This document shows, in pieces, positions 8,746 to 20,945 of a stretch of DNA of 23,255 nucleotides. The position numbers and the translations under genes are program-made. This DNA is from Schizochytrium sp. TIO01 (Eukaryota > Protista > Bigyra: Labyrinthulomycetes), in NCBI GenBank assembly GCA_004764695.1, contig SMSO01000016.1, positions 48,494 to 71,748 on the forward strand, read 5' to 3'. The notes under the pieces are model-generated. The model saw only the letters and a list, made by a program, of their open reading frames with translations. It had not been told where the DNA came from and searched no databases. The number at the start of each line of letters is the position of its first letter. Within the stretch, counting starts at the first letter, position 1.

Positions 8746-10245
8746 ATGATTTTTTTTTCGGGATTTCCACTTCTTTTTTTGGCACTTTCCGCATGTTTTT
8801 TTCTTTCATTCTTTTCGTTTTTCTTTAGTAAAGCTGTTATTATTAACTCTCAAAAAAAACATTTTGTTATAAAGCACTACGCTTTTAATATAACTCTTCT
8901 AATTATTGCATTTACATTTATAATTGAACTTAACACTCCTATTCAAAATTATTCTAGTTTTTGGGGATTTTTGAACTTTGATTTCTATTCACATAGCCTT
9001 TCTCTAATCGTTTTGTTTTTGAGTTTTCTTAGTTTTTTGAGCAGTCGTTCTTATATTATAACAAAATTTTCTTTTACCTTTGAATATTTTTTTCTTATTC
9101 TTTTCGGTATCTTTTCTCTAATAGGTTTGCCTGCTTGCTCTGATTTTTTGGGTATTTATCTATTTTTGGAACTTCAATCTCTTATCTTTTATACACTAGC
9201 CTGTTTTAATAGGTCATCCGCTTTTTCTACAGAAGCCGGAGTTAAATATTTTATTATGGGTGCATTTTCTTCGGGGATTCTTCTATTTGGTATGTCTCTT
9301 ATTTATGGGATGTGTGGGTCGTTGAATTTTGAAATTTTGAAAACACTTTTGTTTTATTTTTCAGAAGCTACTTTTTCATTTAACTACTTCGTAACTTATT
9401 TTGGTTTCTTTTTGATTGTGTGCAGTTTCCTATTTAAACTTAGTGCTGCACCTTTTCATTTCTGGTCACCCGAAGTTTATGAAGGTTCTGTAGCTCCAGT
9501 AAGTTTGTTTTTTGCAGTAGTTCCTAAAATTGCTCTGTTTGGGTCTCTTGTTCGAATTAGCGTGGGTGTTTTCTTTGAATTCTCAGCATTTTGGACAGTT
9601 TTGTTTGCTATCGTAGCATTTCTTTCACTGCTTTTTGGTAGTTTTTCTGCACTAGCTCAGAAAAAAGTAAAGAAATTTTTGGCATTCAGTTCTGTTACTC
9701 ACGTAGGTTTTATAATAGCCGCTTTGTCAGCGCATAGTTTTGATGGCCTTGTAGGTTTGTTCTTTTATTTGCTAGTTTATAGTTTTCTTTCATTGTGTTT
9801 TTGGAGTTTTGTAGTCCTTATGCACAAAGAAAAAAATAGTTCATTTCTAGTAGATTTTAAAATTTTGGCAAAACAAAATCCGTTTATTGGAGGTAGTCTT
9901 TGTATTTTGTTGTTTTCGATAGCTGGTATTCCTCCTTTGTCTGGGTTTGGAGCAAAATTTTTTAGTTTTATAGCTGTAGTAGAACAAAATGAATTCTTGT
10001 TGGCTGTTGTAATAGTATTGTTTGCTGTCGTGAGTTGTTTTTATTATTTGCGTGTAATTAAATGGATCTTTTTTGATAATTCTTCAAATGCAGTAACCAT
10101 TCAAAGTAATTATAACTTGACTTTTACATTCAGTCGATTGGAAGCTTATCTAATTTCTTTTAGTTTGTTTATATCAAGTATTCTTTTTATGCTACCTGAT
10201 TTTTGTATGCTGGTGGCACATCGTATGGCCCTTTCACTTTTTTAA
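8746..10245 (+). CDS. nad2: NADH dehydrogenase subunit 2 (start may be 8727, see findings)
   Basis: STEAGVKYFIMGAFSSG, FKLSAAPFHFWSPEVYEG, FSIAGIPPLSGF. Confidence 0.96.
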   Translation: MIFFSGFPLLFLALSACFFLSFFSFFFSKAVIINSQKKHFVIKHYAFNITLLIIAFTFIIELNTPIQNYSSFWGFLNFDFYSHSLSLIVLFLSFLSFLSSRSYIITKFSFTFEYFFLILFGIFSLIGLPACSDFLGIYLFLELQSLIFYTLACFNRSSAFSTEAGVKYFIMGAFSSGILLFGMSLIYGMCGSLNFEILKTLLFYFSEATFSFNYFVTYFGFFLIVCSFLFKLSAAPFHFWSPEVYEGSVAPVSLFFAVVPKIALFGSLVRISVGVFFEFSAFWTVLFAIVAFLSLLFGSFSALAQKKVKKFLAFSSVTHVGFIIAALSAHSFDGLVGLFFYLLVYSFLSLCFWSFVVLMHKEKNSSFLVDFKILAKQNPFIGGSLCILLFSIAGIPPLSGFGAKFFSFIAVVEQNEFLLAVVIVLFAVVSCFYYLRVIKWIFFDNSSNAVTIQSNYNLTFTFSRLEAYLISFSLFISSILFMLPDFCMLVAHRMALSLF

Positions 10246-10262
10246 ATGGTAAATCCATTTTC

Positions 10263-10335
10263 GCTTAAGTAGCTCAGTTGGCAGAGCATAAGACTGAAAA
10301 TCTTTGTGTCACTGGTTCAAATCCAGTCTTAAGCA
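10263..10335 (+). tRNA. trnF: tRNA-Phe(GAA)
   Basis: GCTTAAG/CTTAAGC acceptor; AAGA-CTGAAAA-TCTT anticodon arm. Confidence 0.95.
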
Positions 10336-10347
10336 ATTTATTTTATT

Positions 10348-10623
10348 ATGATTCGTGGTTATTTTCAACTTTATAGTTTTAAATCTATACCTTCTTCTGT
10401 TAAACAAAAAAAGGTATTCACTTTTAACAAATCTCATCATGTAAATAAAAAATCTAAGACATCCGCAAGTCTTGTTTTTTATAAAACTAAAGCATCTTCA
10501 CTTCATACATTTAGTTCGTGGTCAGATATAAAAAATTTTTATATTTATCAAGCACTTTCTATTTTTTCTAAAAAAATTACTTTTAGTTTTCGTATGAAAG
10601 TGGTTGCTTGCCCTTATAGTTTA
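10348..10623 (+). CDS. rps10: ribosomal protein S10 (divergent, 91 aa); stop lies inside trnE
   Basis: FTFNKSHHVNKKSK resembles the S10 motif TVLRSPHVNKKSR. First stop is TTA at 10621-10623. Confidence 0.7.
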
Positions 10624-10681
10624 ATGGTTAGAACATAGCTTTTTCGTAGCTCAAGTGAGAGTTCAATTCTCTCTAAGGGTA
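10610..10681 (+). tRNA. trnE: tRNA-Glu(UUC)
   Basis: GCCCTTA/TAAGGGT acceptor; AGCT-TTTTCGT-AGCT anticodon arm; GAGAG-TTCAATT-CTCTC T arm. Confidence 0.88.
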
Positions 10682-10695
10682 ACTCTTATTAGAAA

Positions 10696-11484
10696 ATGAC
10701 ACAAAAACATCCTTTTCATCTTGTCGACCCTAGTCCTTGGCCAATGGTCGCTTCTATTTCTGCTTTTATTACCACTACAGGTGGTGTTCTTTTTATGCAT
10801 AACTATAACGGTGGAGGTAGCTTTCTATTCTTTGGATTCGTTATGCTATTGTACACTATGTTTGTGTGGTGGCGTGATGTAGTTCGAGAAGGTACTTTTG
10901 AAGGGCAACACACTTCAATTGTACAATTGGGGCTTCGTTTTGGTATAATCTTGTTTATTGTATCCGAAGCAATGCTTTTCTTTGCTTTCTTTTGGGCTTT
11001 CTTTTGGGCAAGTCTAGCACCTGTTCCTGAAATTGGTTCTGTATGGCCTCCTAAAGGTATTGAAACCCTTTCCGCTTGGGAAGTTCCTTTTTTGAACACT
11101 GTAATTCTTCTTAGTTCTGGTGCTTCTGTTACTTGGGCGCATCATGCTATTATTGCAGGTTATCGAAAAGAAGCAATTCTTTCTTTGTCTATTACTGTTG
11201 CTTTGGCGGTAGTTTTTACAGGGTTGCAATTGTTTGAATATAAAAATGCTCCATTTACCATCGCAGATGGTATTTATGGAAGTACTTTTTATATGGCAAC
11301 CGGTTTTCATGGTTTCCACGTATTCGTAGGAACTGTTTTTTTGACCGTATGCCTTTATCGTGTATTTGCATATCACTTTACAAAACAACATCATTTTGGA
11401 TTTGAAGCTGCTGCCTGGTATTGGCACTTTGTGGATGTTGTTTGGTTGTTTCTTTTTGTAAGTATTTATTGGTGGGGAAATTAA
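10696..11484 (+). CDS. cox3: cytochrome c oxidase subunit 3
   Basis: [36 protein letters not shown]. Confidence 0.99.
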   Translation: MTQKHPFHLVDPSPWPMVASISAFITTTGGVLFMHNYNGGGSFLFFGFVMLLYTMFVWWRDVVREGTFEGQHTSIVQLGLRFGIILFIVSEAMLFFAFFWAFFWASLAPVPEIGSVWPPKGIETLSAWEVPFLNTVILLSSGASVTWAHHAIIAGYRKEAILSLSITVALAVVFTGLQLFEYKNAPFTIADGIYGSTFYMATGFHGFHVFVGTVFLTVCLYRVFAYHFTKQHHFGFEAAAWYWHFVDVVWLFLFVSIYWWGN

Positions 11485-11485
11485 T

Positions 11486-12241
11486 ATGTTTTTTAGTCCT
11501 TTGGAACAGTTTGAAATTTATCCTATTTTGCCTTTGCGCATAGGAGCTTTTGATCTTTCATTTACAAACTCTAGCTTTTTTTTGCTTTTGATTTGTTTGG
11601 TATACGTTTTTTTTGTTAAATTGGTTTATTCTAATGGTAGTGGGTTCTTTATTCCAAATCGTTGGCAATTGTTGTTTGAAAATTTTTATTCTTTCAGTGC
11701 TGATATGGTAGAAGAAAATATGGGTGCTAAAGGTCAAACTTTTGTGCCTTTTATTTTTGGACTTTTTATGTTTTTGCTTTTGGCAAACACTTTTGGAATG
11801 GTTCCTTATAGCTTTACAGTTACTTCTCATTTGATTGTTACTTTTACTTTGTCTGCTTTGGTATGGGTAGGTAAACTATATGTAGGTATTAAACATCACG
11901 GTATTCGTATTTTGGGTGTTCTTTTGCCTGGAGGTATTCCTTTTGCAATGGTGCCTTTCTTCGTAGTTGTTGAACTTTTGAGTTTTTTTATTCCTCTAGC
12001 CGCATTGGGTATTCGACTTTTTGCAAACATGATGGCTGGTCACATTCTTATGAAAGTTATTGTAGGTTTTTGTTGGTCTATGCTATTGGCAGGAAATGTT
12101 TTTTTTCTAGCTCACTTTATTCCTATGGGAGTATTGTTTCTTTTGTTGTTTCTAGAAACTGCTGTTGCATTTATTCAGGCTTACGTATTTACTATGTTGA
12201 CTTGTCTAATGACAGGTGATATGGTTCACGGAGGTCATTAA
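11486..12241 (+). CDS. atp6: ATP synthase F0 subunit a
   Basis: SPLEQF, PYSFTVTSH, IRLFANMMAGH, LETAVAFIQAYVF. Confidence 0.98.
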   Translation: MFFSPLEQFEIYPILPLRIGAFDLSFTNSSFFLLLICLVYVFFVKLVYSNGSGFFIPNRWQLLFENFYSFSADMVEENMGAKGQTFVPFIFGLFMFLLLANTFGMVPYSFTVTSHLIVTFTLSALVWVGKLYVGIKHHGIRILGVLLPGGIPFAMVPFFVVVELLSFFIPLAALGIRLFANMMAGHILMKVIVGFCWSMLLAGNVFFLAHFIPMGVLFLLLFLETAVAFIQAYVFTMLTCLMTGDMVHGGH

Positions 12242-12263
12242 TTATTATGTAGGTTTACTACAT

Positions 12264-12335
12264 TCTCTAGTAGCTCAGGGGTAGAGCATTTGGCTGTTAA
12301 CCAAATTGTCGTTGGTTCAAATCCAATCTAGGGAG
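12264..12335 (+). tRNA. trnN: tRNA-Asn(GUU)
   Basis: TCTCTAG/CTAGGGA acceptor; TTTGG-CTGTTAA-CCAAA anticodon arm. Confidence 0.95.
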
Positions 12336-12353
12336 TTTATTAAATTTTTATAT

Positions 12354-13106
12354 ATGCTTTTTACTTTGTTTGGTTATTGTGATGCTGCTACTCCATGGCA
12401 ATTCGGATTTCAAGACCCTGCTACTCCTATCGCAGAAGGTATTATTCGATTTCATCACGATTTGATGTTTATTATGGTTTTTGTTGTAGTTTTTGTTTTT
12501 TGGATGCTTACTCGTATCGTAATGCATTTCAACGTAAAAACCAACCCTAACCCTTCAGCTGTAGTTCACGGAACTACTATTGAAATTATTTGGACTTTGA
12601 TTCCTGCAGTTCTTCTTATGATTATTGCAGTTCCTTCTTTTGCTCTTCTATACTCTGTAGATGAAGTAGTAGATCCCTCTGTTACTTTGAAAGTTATTGG
12701 GCATCAATGGTATTGGTCATACGAATACTCTGACTATGAAAATGAAGATGGAGAAAATCTAGTTTTCGATTCTTACATGTTGCCTGATGATGAATTGTCT
12801 TTGGGAGATTTGCGAATGTTGGAAGTAGATAACCGTGTAGTATTGCCTGTTGATACTCATGTTCGTCTTATTGTAACCAGTGCTGATGTGCTACATTCTT
12901 GGACTGTACCGTCTTTTGGAGTTAAAATGGATGCTTGCCCTGGTCGTCTTAACGAAGCTAGTTTGTTTATTCAACGTCCTGGTGTTTTTTATGGTCAATG
13001 TAGTGAAATTTGTGGTGTAAACCATGGATTTATGCCTATCGCAGTAGAAGCTTTGAAACTAGAAGATTACGTTTCTTGGGTAGCTGCTAAACTAGAAGAC
13101 GCTTTA
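12354..13106 (+). CDS. cox2: cytochrome c oxidase subunit 2 (250 aa, TTA stop)
   Basis: [20 protein letters not shown], CuA motif [15 protein letters not shown]. First ATG after trnN; TTA at 13104-13106. Confidence 0.98.
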
Positions 13107-13116
13107 TTTTTAGTAT

Positions 13117-13251
13117 ATGTATCTTAGCTTTTTTCAAATTTGTTTTGTTGTACTTATCGCTTTTTTGCTTTTTGGTAATTCTAATAATCTTATTAAAACA
13201 TTTAAAAAGAATATTAAAAATATTCAAAAAGAATTTCAAAAAAAAGAATTA
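13117..13251 (+). CDS. tatA: twin-arginine translocase subunit TatA-like (44 aa), absent from the ORF track
   Basis: [44 protein letters not shown]: polar Q7, short TM helix, FG hinge, amphipathic basic helix. Ends in TTA just before trnW. Confidence 0.75.
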
Positions 13252-13260
13252 CAACATTTC

Positions 13261-14856
<1,596 letters not shown>

Positions 14857-14883
14857 ATTAAAAGCTTTTAGCTTTAAAAAATT

Positions 14884-16359
14884 ATGTCATTTCTTTATAT
14901 TTCTTACCTTATTGGTATTCCCGCTTTTATCGGTAGTTTTCTTTTGATTTTTCCACTATCAAATAAAGTATCAAAGCAACTTGCTTTGGGAGCATCACTT
15001 ATTAGTTTTTATATTTCTATTCTAATGTGGGTGTTTTTTGATAATAACAACGGTGCGTTTCAATTCGTAGAAACTTATAATTGGTTTAGTTCATCCAATC
15101 TAGCTATTACCTTTGGAGTCGATGGAATTTCTTTGTTCTTTATTCTATTGACAGCTTTTCTAATTCCTATTTGTCTTCTATCTTCTTGGTCGTCTGTAAA
15201 AACAAAAAATCATCTTTTTACTGATCGTCATTATTTTGCTCTTTTTCTTTTGATAGAAAGTATGATTTTTATCGTATTTACTTCACTAGATTTGATCGTT
15301 TTTTATACTTTTTTTGAAGCCGTTTTGATGCCTATGTTTTTTATTATCGGTGTTTGGGGTTCCCGTGAACGTAAAATTCGTGCATCTTATCTATTTTTTA
15401 TGTACACTCTTTTTGGTTCTCTATTTATATTGCTTGCTATCGTATTCATCTATATAGAATGCGGTAGTACTCATTATTTGATGCTTTTGGAAACTAGTTT
15501 TAGTCCTGAACGTCAAAAAATTTTGTGGCTAGCTTTCTTTTTCTCATTCGCTGTTAAAGTGCCTATGTTGCCTGTACATTTGTGGTTGCCTGAAGCGCAC
15601 GTAGAAGCACCTACTGCGGGTTCTGTTCTACTAGCTGGAGTGCTTTTGAAATTGGGTACTTACGGTATAATCCGTTATTCTTTGCCATTGTTTCCATTGG
15701 CTAGTTTTTATTTTCGTCCTTTTGTATTTACTTTGGCATCTTTGGCAGTTGTTTATTCTTCAATAACCGCTATTCGTCAAAGTGATATAAAACGTGTGAT
15801 TGCTTACGCTTCAGTTGCTCACATAAATATAACTGTAATTGGCTTGTTTAGTTTTAATTTGGTAGGTGTTGAAGGTGCTATTTTTCAAATGCTATCACAC
15901 GGTGTTGTTTCAGGAGCTTTGTTTTTGTGTGTAGGTGTATTGTATGATCGTCATCATAGCCGATTGATTAAATATTATGGCGGACTTGTGCATACTATGC
16001 CTCTTTTTGTAATTCTATTTCTTGTATTTACTATAGCAAATATTGCATTGCCAGGTACTTCCAGTTTTGTTGGAGAGTTCCTTATCTTGTTTGGTACTTT
16101 TTATGCTAATTCATTCGTAGCTTTTGTAGCCGCGACTAGTATGATTTTGGGAAGTGCGTATTCTCTATGGCTTTTTAATCGTCTGTGTTACGGTAACCTC
16201 AAATTGCAATACATTCAAGTTTCTTTTGATATTACAAAACAAGAATTTTGGGTGTTTATGCCATTGTTGTTTCTTACTATCTTTGGGGGTATCTTTCCCG
16301 GTATTTTTTTGGATCCTCTACATACTAGCTGTAGCGTTTTGCTTTCAGTTTTTTATTTA
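14884..16359 (+). CDS. nad4: NADH dehydrogenase subunit 4 (TTA stop, followed by TAA)
   Basis: VKVPMLPVHLWLPEAHVEAPTAGS, LLKLGTYG, LPGTSSFVGE. Confidence 0.98.
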
Positions 16360-16365
16360 TAAAAT

Positions 16366-16992
16366 ATGATTTCTCTATATATTAACAATTCTAAAGTACT
16401 TGTACAGAAAAATTCAACCGTATTTCAAGCTTGTGCAAAAGTCGGTGTTGTAATTCCTCGTTTTTGTTTTCATGAACGTTTGCTTATCGCAGGTAATTGC
16501 CGTATATGTTTGGTGGAAATCGAAAAATTTCCTAAACCTGTAGCTTCGTGTGCAATGCCCGTAAGTGAAAATATAAAAATTTTTACTGATACTCCATTGG
16601 TAAAAAAAGCACGTGAAGCTGTAATAGAGTTTTTGTTGATTAATCATCCTCTGGATTGTCCTATTTGTGATCAAGGGGGTGAATGTGATTTGCAAAATCA
16701 ATCTTTTCATTATGGAACTAATTCTTCTCGTTTTTTTTCAAAAAAACGTAGTGTGGTTGATAAGAATGTAGGTCCTTTTATTTCTATAATTATAACCAGG
16801 TGTATCCATTGTACTCGTTGTGTTCGTTTTCTAAATGAAGTTGCTGGTTATTCTTTTTTTGGTATAACCGGTCGTGGATATGCCTCTGAAATTGGTACTT
16901 TTGTCCAAAAATCTCTTAAATCAAAACTTTCCGGTAATATTATTGATCTATGTCCTGTTGGTTTTATTTCTATTAAAAAATACAATGTTTTA
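16366..16992 (+). CDS. nad11: NADH dehydrogenase subunit 11, N-terminal Fe-S domain only (208 aa)
   Basis: [10 protein letters not shown], AGNCRxCLVE, [38 protein letters not shown] at 16990-16992; overlaps the nad1 start by 8 nt. Confidence 0.95.
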
Positions 16993-17953
16993 TATTGAAA
17001 GTGTACTTAAAGTTTTGGGTATCGTAGTTCCTTTGCTAGTAGGTATTGCATTGTTTACTGTGGCTGAGCGAAAAGTTTTGAGTAGTATTCAACGTAGGCG
17101 AGGTCCAAATATTATTGGAGCTTTCGGATTGTTGCAAGCCTTTGCAGATGGTCTTAAACTATTGTTGAAAGAAACTGTTTTGCCAAGTAGTTCAAACAAA
17201 GCTTTGTTTGTAATTGCTCCAATAATTACTTTTTTCTTGAGTCTTATAGGTTGGGCAGTTATTCCCGTAAATGAAACTTATGTGTTTGCTGATCTAAATG
17301 TAGGTGTTTTGTATATCTTTGCAATTTCGTCTCTAGGAGTTTACGGTATTATTATTTCTGGTTGGGCAAGTAACTCAAAATACGCTTTTTTGGGTGCCCT
17401 TCGTTCTGCTGCCCAAATAGTTTCCTATGAAATTTCAATAGGTTTTATTATAATAAACGTTATTCTTTGTGCAAATTCTCTAAACCTTACTCAAATTGTT
17501 TTGGCTCAAGAAGCTATTTGGTATTGTGTGCCTTTGCTACCTATATTTATTTTGTTTTTTGTTTCATGTTTGGCTGAAACAAATCGTCACCCTTTTGATT
17601 TGCCTGAAGCTGAAGCTGAACTTGTTTCCGGGTATAATGTTGAATATTCTGCTATGGGTTTTGCATTGTTCTTTTTGGGTGAATATGGTAATATAATTTT
17701 GATAAGTTCTCTAAATGTTATTCTATTTATAGGAGGATGGCTATTTCCATTGCAAATTTTTGAAGGTTGTTTTTGTTTTGCTATTAAAACATTCTTTTTT
17801 ATTAGTTTGTTTATTTGGGTCCGTGCCGCATATCCTCGTTATCGTTATGATCAACTAATACGCCTTGGATGGAAAGTATTTCTTCCTTTGTCTATAAGTT
17901 GGACTATTTTGACTGCAAGTATTCTATTGAGTTTTAATTGGTATATTTCTTTA
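16985..17953 (+). CDS. nad1: NADH dehydrogenase subunit 1 (322 aa, TTA stop)
   Basis: [50 protein letters not shown] at 17951-17953, 1 nt before the nad4L ATG. Confidence 0.98.
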
Positions 17954-17954
17954 C

Positions 17955-18263
17955 ATGTTTTTGGATATCTTTTATTTTATTTTTGTTAGTTTTTGTTTGT
18001 TTTTTATTGGAGTATGTGGTATTGTTCTAAACAGGAAAAGTATTTTGATTATCTTGATATCAATTGAAATTATGTTGCTAGCTGTAAATCTTCAATTTTT
18101 GTTTTTTTCTGTTTATTTGGATGATCTTTATGGCCAAGTATTTTCACTATTTGTTCTTACTGTTGCAGCGGCAGAATCCGCGATTGGTTTGGCTATTTTG
18201 GTTTGTTATTTTAAAGTTCATACTAGTGTAGAAATAAAAACAGTTAATTTGCTTCAAGGATGA
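17955..18263 (+). CDS. nad4L: NADH dehydrogenase subunit 4L (TGA stop)
   Basis: [32 protein letters not shown]. Confidence 0.97.
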   Translation: MFLDIFYFIFVSFCLFFIGVCGIVLNRKSILIILISIEIMLLAVNLQFLFFSVYLDDLYGQVFSLFVLTVAAAESAIGLAILVCYFKVHTSVEIKTVNLLQG

Positions 18264-18268
18264 AGCAT

Positions 18269-18341
18269 GGGCGTGTAGCTTAGTGGTTAAAGCTTTCGGT
18301 TGATAATCGAAAGACCAAAGGTTCAAATCCTTTTACGCCTA
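18269..18341 (+). tRNA. trnI: tRNA-Ile(GAU)
   Basis: GGGCGTG/TACGCCT acceptor; TTCGG-TTGATAA-TCGAA anticodon arm. Confidence 0.94.
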
Positions 18342-18351
18342 TCCCTTTATA

Positions 18352-18425
18352 AGGCAGTTAGCTCAATAGGTTAGAGCATTTCGTTTACACCGAAGAGGTT
18401 GGCGGTTCAAGTCCGCTGCTGCCTA
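18352..18425 (+). tRNA. trnV: tRNA-Val(UAC)
   Basis: AGGCAGT/GCTGCCT acceptor; TTTCG-TTTACAC-CGAAG anticodon arm. Confidence 0.94.
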
Positions 18426-18436
18426 AATTTTATTAT

Positions 18437-19006
18437 ATGTTTACTTTCTATAAATGGATTAGCTCAGTTCTTGCAAACGTGCTAAATGGTAGTTTCTTTA
18501 TAAATGATCATATCACTTTGGTCGTTAAAAAAGAATCTCTAATTGATGTAATACGTTTTCTAAAAAGTAATTCACATTGCCAGTTTATTGTTTTGAGTGA
18601 TATCGCAGGGGTAGATTACCCTTTTCGAGCAAATCGCTTTGAAGTAGTTTATCAACTGCTATCTATTAGGTATAACTGTCGAATTACTGTTAAAGTAAAT
18701 CTTGCTTCAGAAGAAGCAGTACCTTCTATTACATCTATTCATGAATCCGCGAATTGGTATGAGCGAGAAGCATTTGATCTTTTTGGAATCTTTTTCTCAA
18801 ATCACCCTGATCTTCGTCGTATTCTAACTGACTACGGTTTTGAAGGGCATCCTATGCGTAAAGATTTTCCTCTAACTGGATTTCATGAATTGCGTTACGA
18901 TATTGAAAAAAAACGAGTTGTTTGTGAACCACTTGAACTTTCTCAAGAATTCCGTAATTATACTTTTAATTCTTCTTCTCAGCTTACTAAGCCTGTTATT
19001 TCTTTA
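18437..19006 (+). CDS. nad9: NADH dehydrogenase subunit 9 (189 aa, TTA stop)
   Basis: [43 protein letters not shown] at 19004-19006 removes the apparent overlap with cob. Confidence 0.97.
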
Positions 19007-19013
19007 TTTTTAA

Positions 19014-20162
19014 ATGAAACGTTGGACTAAACAGCCTATTCTGGCTATTATCAATAATCATATCGTTGACTACCCTACTCCTATCAATATTAGTTATATG
19101 TGGGGATTCGGATCTTTGTCAGGGCTTATGTTGGTTGTTCAAATTCTTACTGGTGTTTTTCTTGCTATGCATTATACTCCTCATGTAGATCTCGCTTTTA
19201 GTAGTGTAGAACATATTATGCGTGATGTAAATAATGGTTGGCTTCTTCGTTACCTTCATGCAAATGGAGCAAGTTTCTTTTTTATTGTTGTTTACATTCA
19301 CATGTTTCGTGGTCTATACTATGGATCATATGCGCATCCTCGTGAATTGCTATGGTGTTCTGGAGTAGTTATTTTTATTTTGATGATGGCTACTGCTTTT
19401 ATTGGATATGTTCTTCCTTGGGGTCAAATGTCTTTTTGGGGAGCTACCGTTATTACTAATCTTATTTCTGCTATTCCTGCTGTAGGTGAATCTGTGGTTA
19501 ATTGGGTTTGGGGAGGTTTTTCAGTAGATAATCCTACTCTAAATCGTTTCTTTAGTTTGCACTATATTTTGCCTTTTGTTATTGCAGCTTTGGCATTGGT
19601 TCACTTGGTACTTTTGCACCAAGATGGATCAAACAACCCTTTGGGAGTAGATTCAAAATCTGATACCATTAGTTTTTATCCTTATTTTTATGTTAAAGAT
19701 CTATTTGGGTTGATTCTTTTGTTTATTGTTTACTCTTATTTTGTGTTTTTTGCTCCAAATGTTTTGGGTCACAGTGATAACTATATTATGGCAAATCCTA
19801 TGGTTACTCCTGCACACATTGTTCCTGAATGGTACTTTTTGCCATTCTATGCTATTTTGCGTTCTATTCCTCACAAATTGGGTGGTGTTATTGCTATGTT
19901 TGGTGCTATCGTTTGTTTGATGGCTTTGCCATTCATTAACACTTCAGAAGTTCGTTCATCTGTATTTCGTCCTATTTTCCGAAAATTTTTTTGGTTGTTT
20001 GTTGTTGATTGTATGATTTTGGGTTGGATTGGTCAAAATGTAGTTGAATATCCTTATGTAGAAATTGGGCAAGTTTGTACTGTTTTCTACTTCTTCTTTT
20101 TGCTAGTTCTAATTCCTCTTTTGGGTCGTTTTGAAAGTATGCTAATGCGAGCATCACTTTAA
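19014..20162 (+). CDS. cob: apocytochrome b (no introns)
   Basis: [45 protein letters not shown]. Confidence 0.99.
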   Translation: MKRWTKQPILAIINNHIVDYPTPINISYMWGFGSLSGLMLVVQILTGVFLAMHYTPHVDLAFSSVEHIMRDVNNGWLLRYLHANGASFFFIVVYIHMFRGLYYGSYAHPRELLWCSGVVIFILMMATAFIGYVLPWGQMSFWGATVITNLISAIPAVGESVVNWVWGGFSVDNPTLNRFFSLHYILPFVIAALALVHLVLLHQDGSNNPLGVDSKSDTISFYPYFYVKDLFGLILLFIVYSYFVFFAPNVLGHSDNYIMANPMVTPAHIVPEWYFLPFYAILRSIPHKLGGVIAMFGAIVCLMALPFINTSEVRSSVFRPIFRKFFWLFVVDCMILGWIGQNVVEYPYVEIGQVCTVFYFFFLLVLIPLLGRFESMLMRASL

Positions 20163-20170
20163 AACGTTTT

Positions 20171-20244
20171 GGCGGTATAGCTCAGTTGGTTAGAGCATGG
20201 GAATCATAATCCTGGGGTTGCAAGTTCAAATCTTGCTATCGCTA
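20171..20244 (+). tRNA. trnM: tRNA-Met(CAU), elongator type
   Basis: GGCGGTA/TATCGCT acceptor with paired 1:72; anticodon loop ATCATAA. Confidence 0.88.
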
Positions 20245-20250
20245 AATTTT

Positions 20251-20324
20251 CGGGGTGTAACGCAGTTGGTTAGCGTGTTAGTTTTGGGAACTAAAAGTCG
20301 TATGTTCAAGTCATACCTCCCCGA
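20251..20324 (+). tRNA. trnP: tRNA-Pro(UGG)
   Basis: CGGGGTG/CTCCCCG acceptor; TTAGT-TTTGGGA-ACTAA anticodon arm. Confidence 0.94.
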
Positions 20325-20336
20325 TCTTTATTTTAA

Positions 20337-20945
20337 ATGCTTTCCTTTCTTTTTTATATTTTTAGCTCTATTTTGCTAATTTCTAGTTTGTTTGTTATTA
20401 TAACAACTAACCCTGTTTATTCGGTATTTTATCTTATTCTTGGTTTTTGTAATGCATCCGCAATCCTTTTGTTGTTTGAGCTAGAATTTCTTGGTTTTTT
20501 GCTTTTGATTGTTTACGTAGGTGCTATCGCAGTACTTTTTCTTTTTGTTGTTATAATGTTGAATGTTGCAGTTTCTCGAGAACATTCTTCAAATTTTTTT
20601 GGTTATCTGTTTTTTGCTGTCATTTTTTGTAGTTTTTTTGTAATAACCCAAAATTTTTCATATAATACAAGTCTTTTTTTTCAACAATCATATTTTTCTT
20701 GGTTTTCTTCATACGATTCATCCCAAAACGTATTGCTTATAGCAAACGTTTTGTATTCTTATTATTTTGTACCTTTTTTGCTAGCCGGGTTTGTTTTGCT
20801 AATTGCCATGGTAGGTGCTATCGTTTTGACACTAAATCCAACCCTATTTTATAATAGCCAATCTTTGATTTTTAAAAAACAAAAAGTTTATCAACAACTT
20901 TCGCGCCAATCAAATAAAGCTGTTTTTTTGTTTAAACGTAATTAA
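20337..20945 (+). CDS. nad6: NADH dehydrogenase subunit 6
   Basis: NPVYSVFYLIL, IVYVGAIAVLFLFV, LLIAMVGAIVLT. TAATG overlap with rps7. Confidence 0.97.
   Translation: MLSFLFYIFSSILLISSLFVIITTNPVYSVFYLILGFCNASAILLLFELEFLGFLLLIVYVGAIAVLFLFVVIMLNVAVSREHSSNFFGYLFFAVIFCSFFVITQNFSYNTSLFFQQSYFSWFSSYDSSQNVLLIANVLYSYYFVPFLLAGFVLLIAMVGAIVLTLNPTLFYNSQSLIFKKQKVYQQLSRQSNKAVFLFKRN

Noticed and set aside
12306-12353. N-terminal extensions from alternative starts (cox2, also cox1, rps4, nad1, rps14, rpl14)
   Set aside because: They begin inside tRNA genes or upstream CDSs, and most cross in-frame TTA stops; downstream ATGs fit better.
13117-13251. atp8 identity for the small ORF
   Set aside because: Lacks the MPQ N-terminus; the FG hinge and amphipathic helix fit TatA better.
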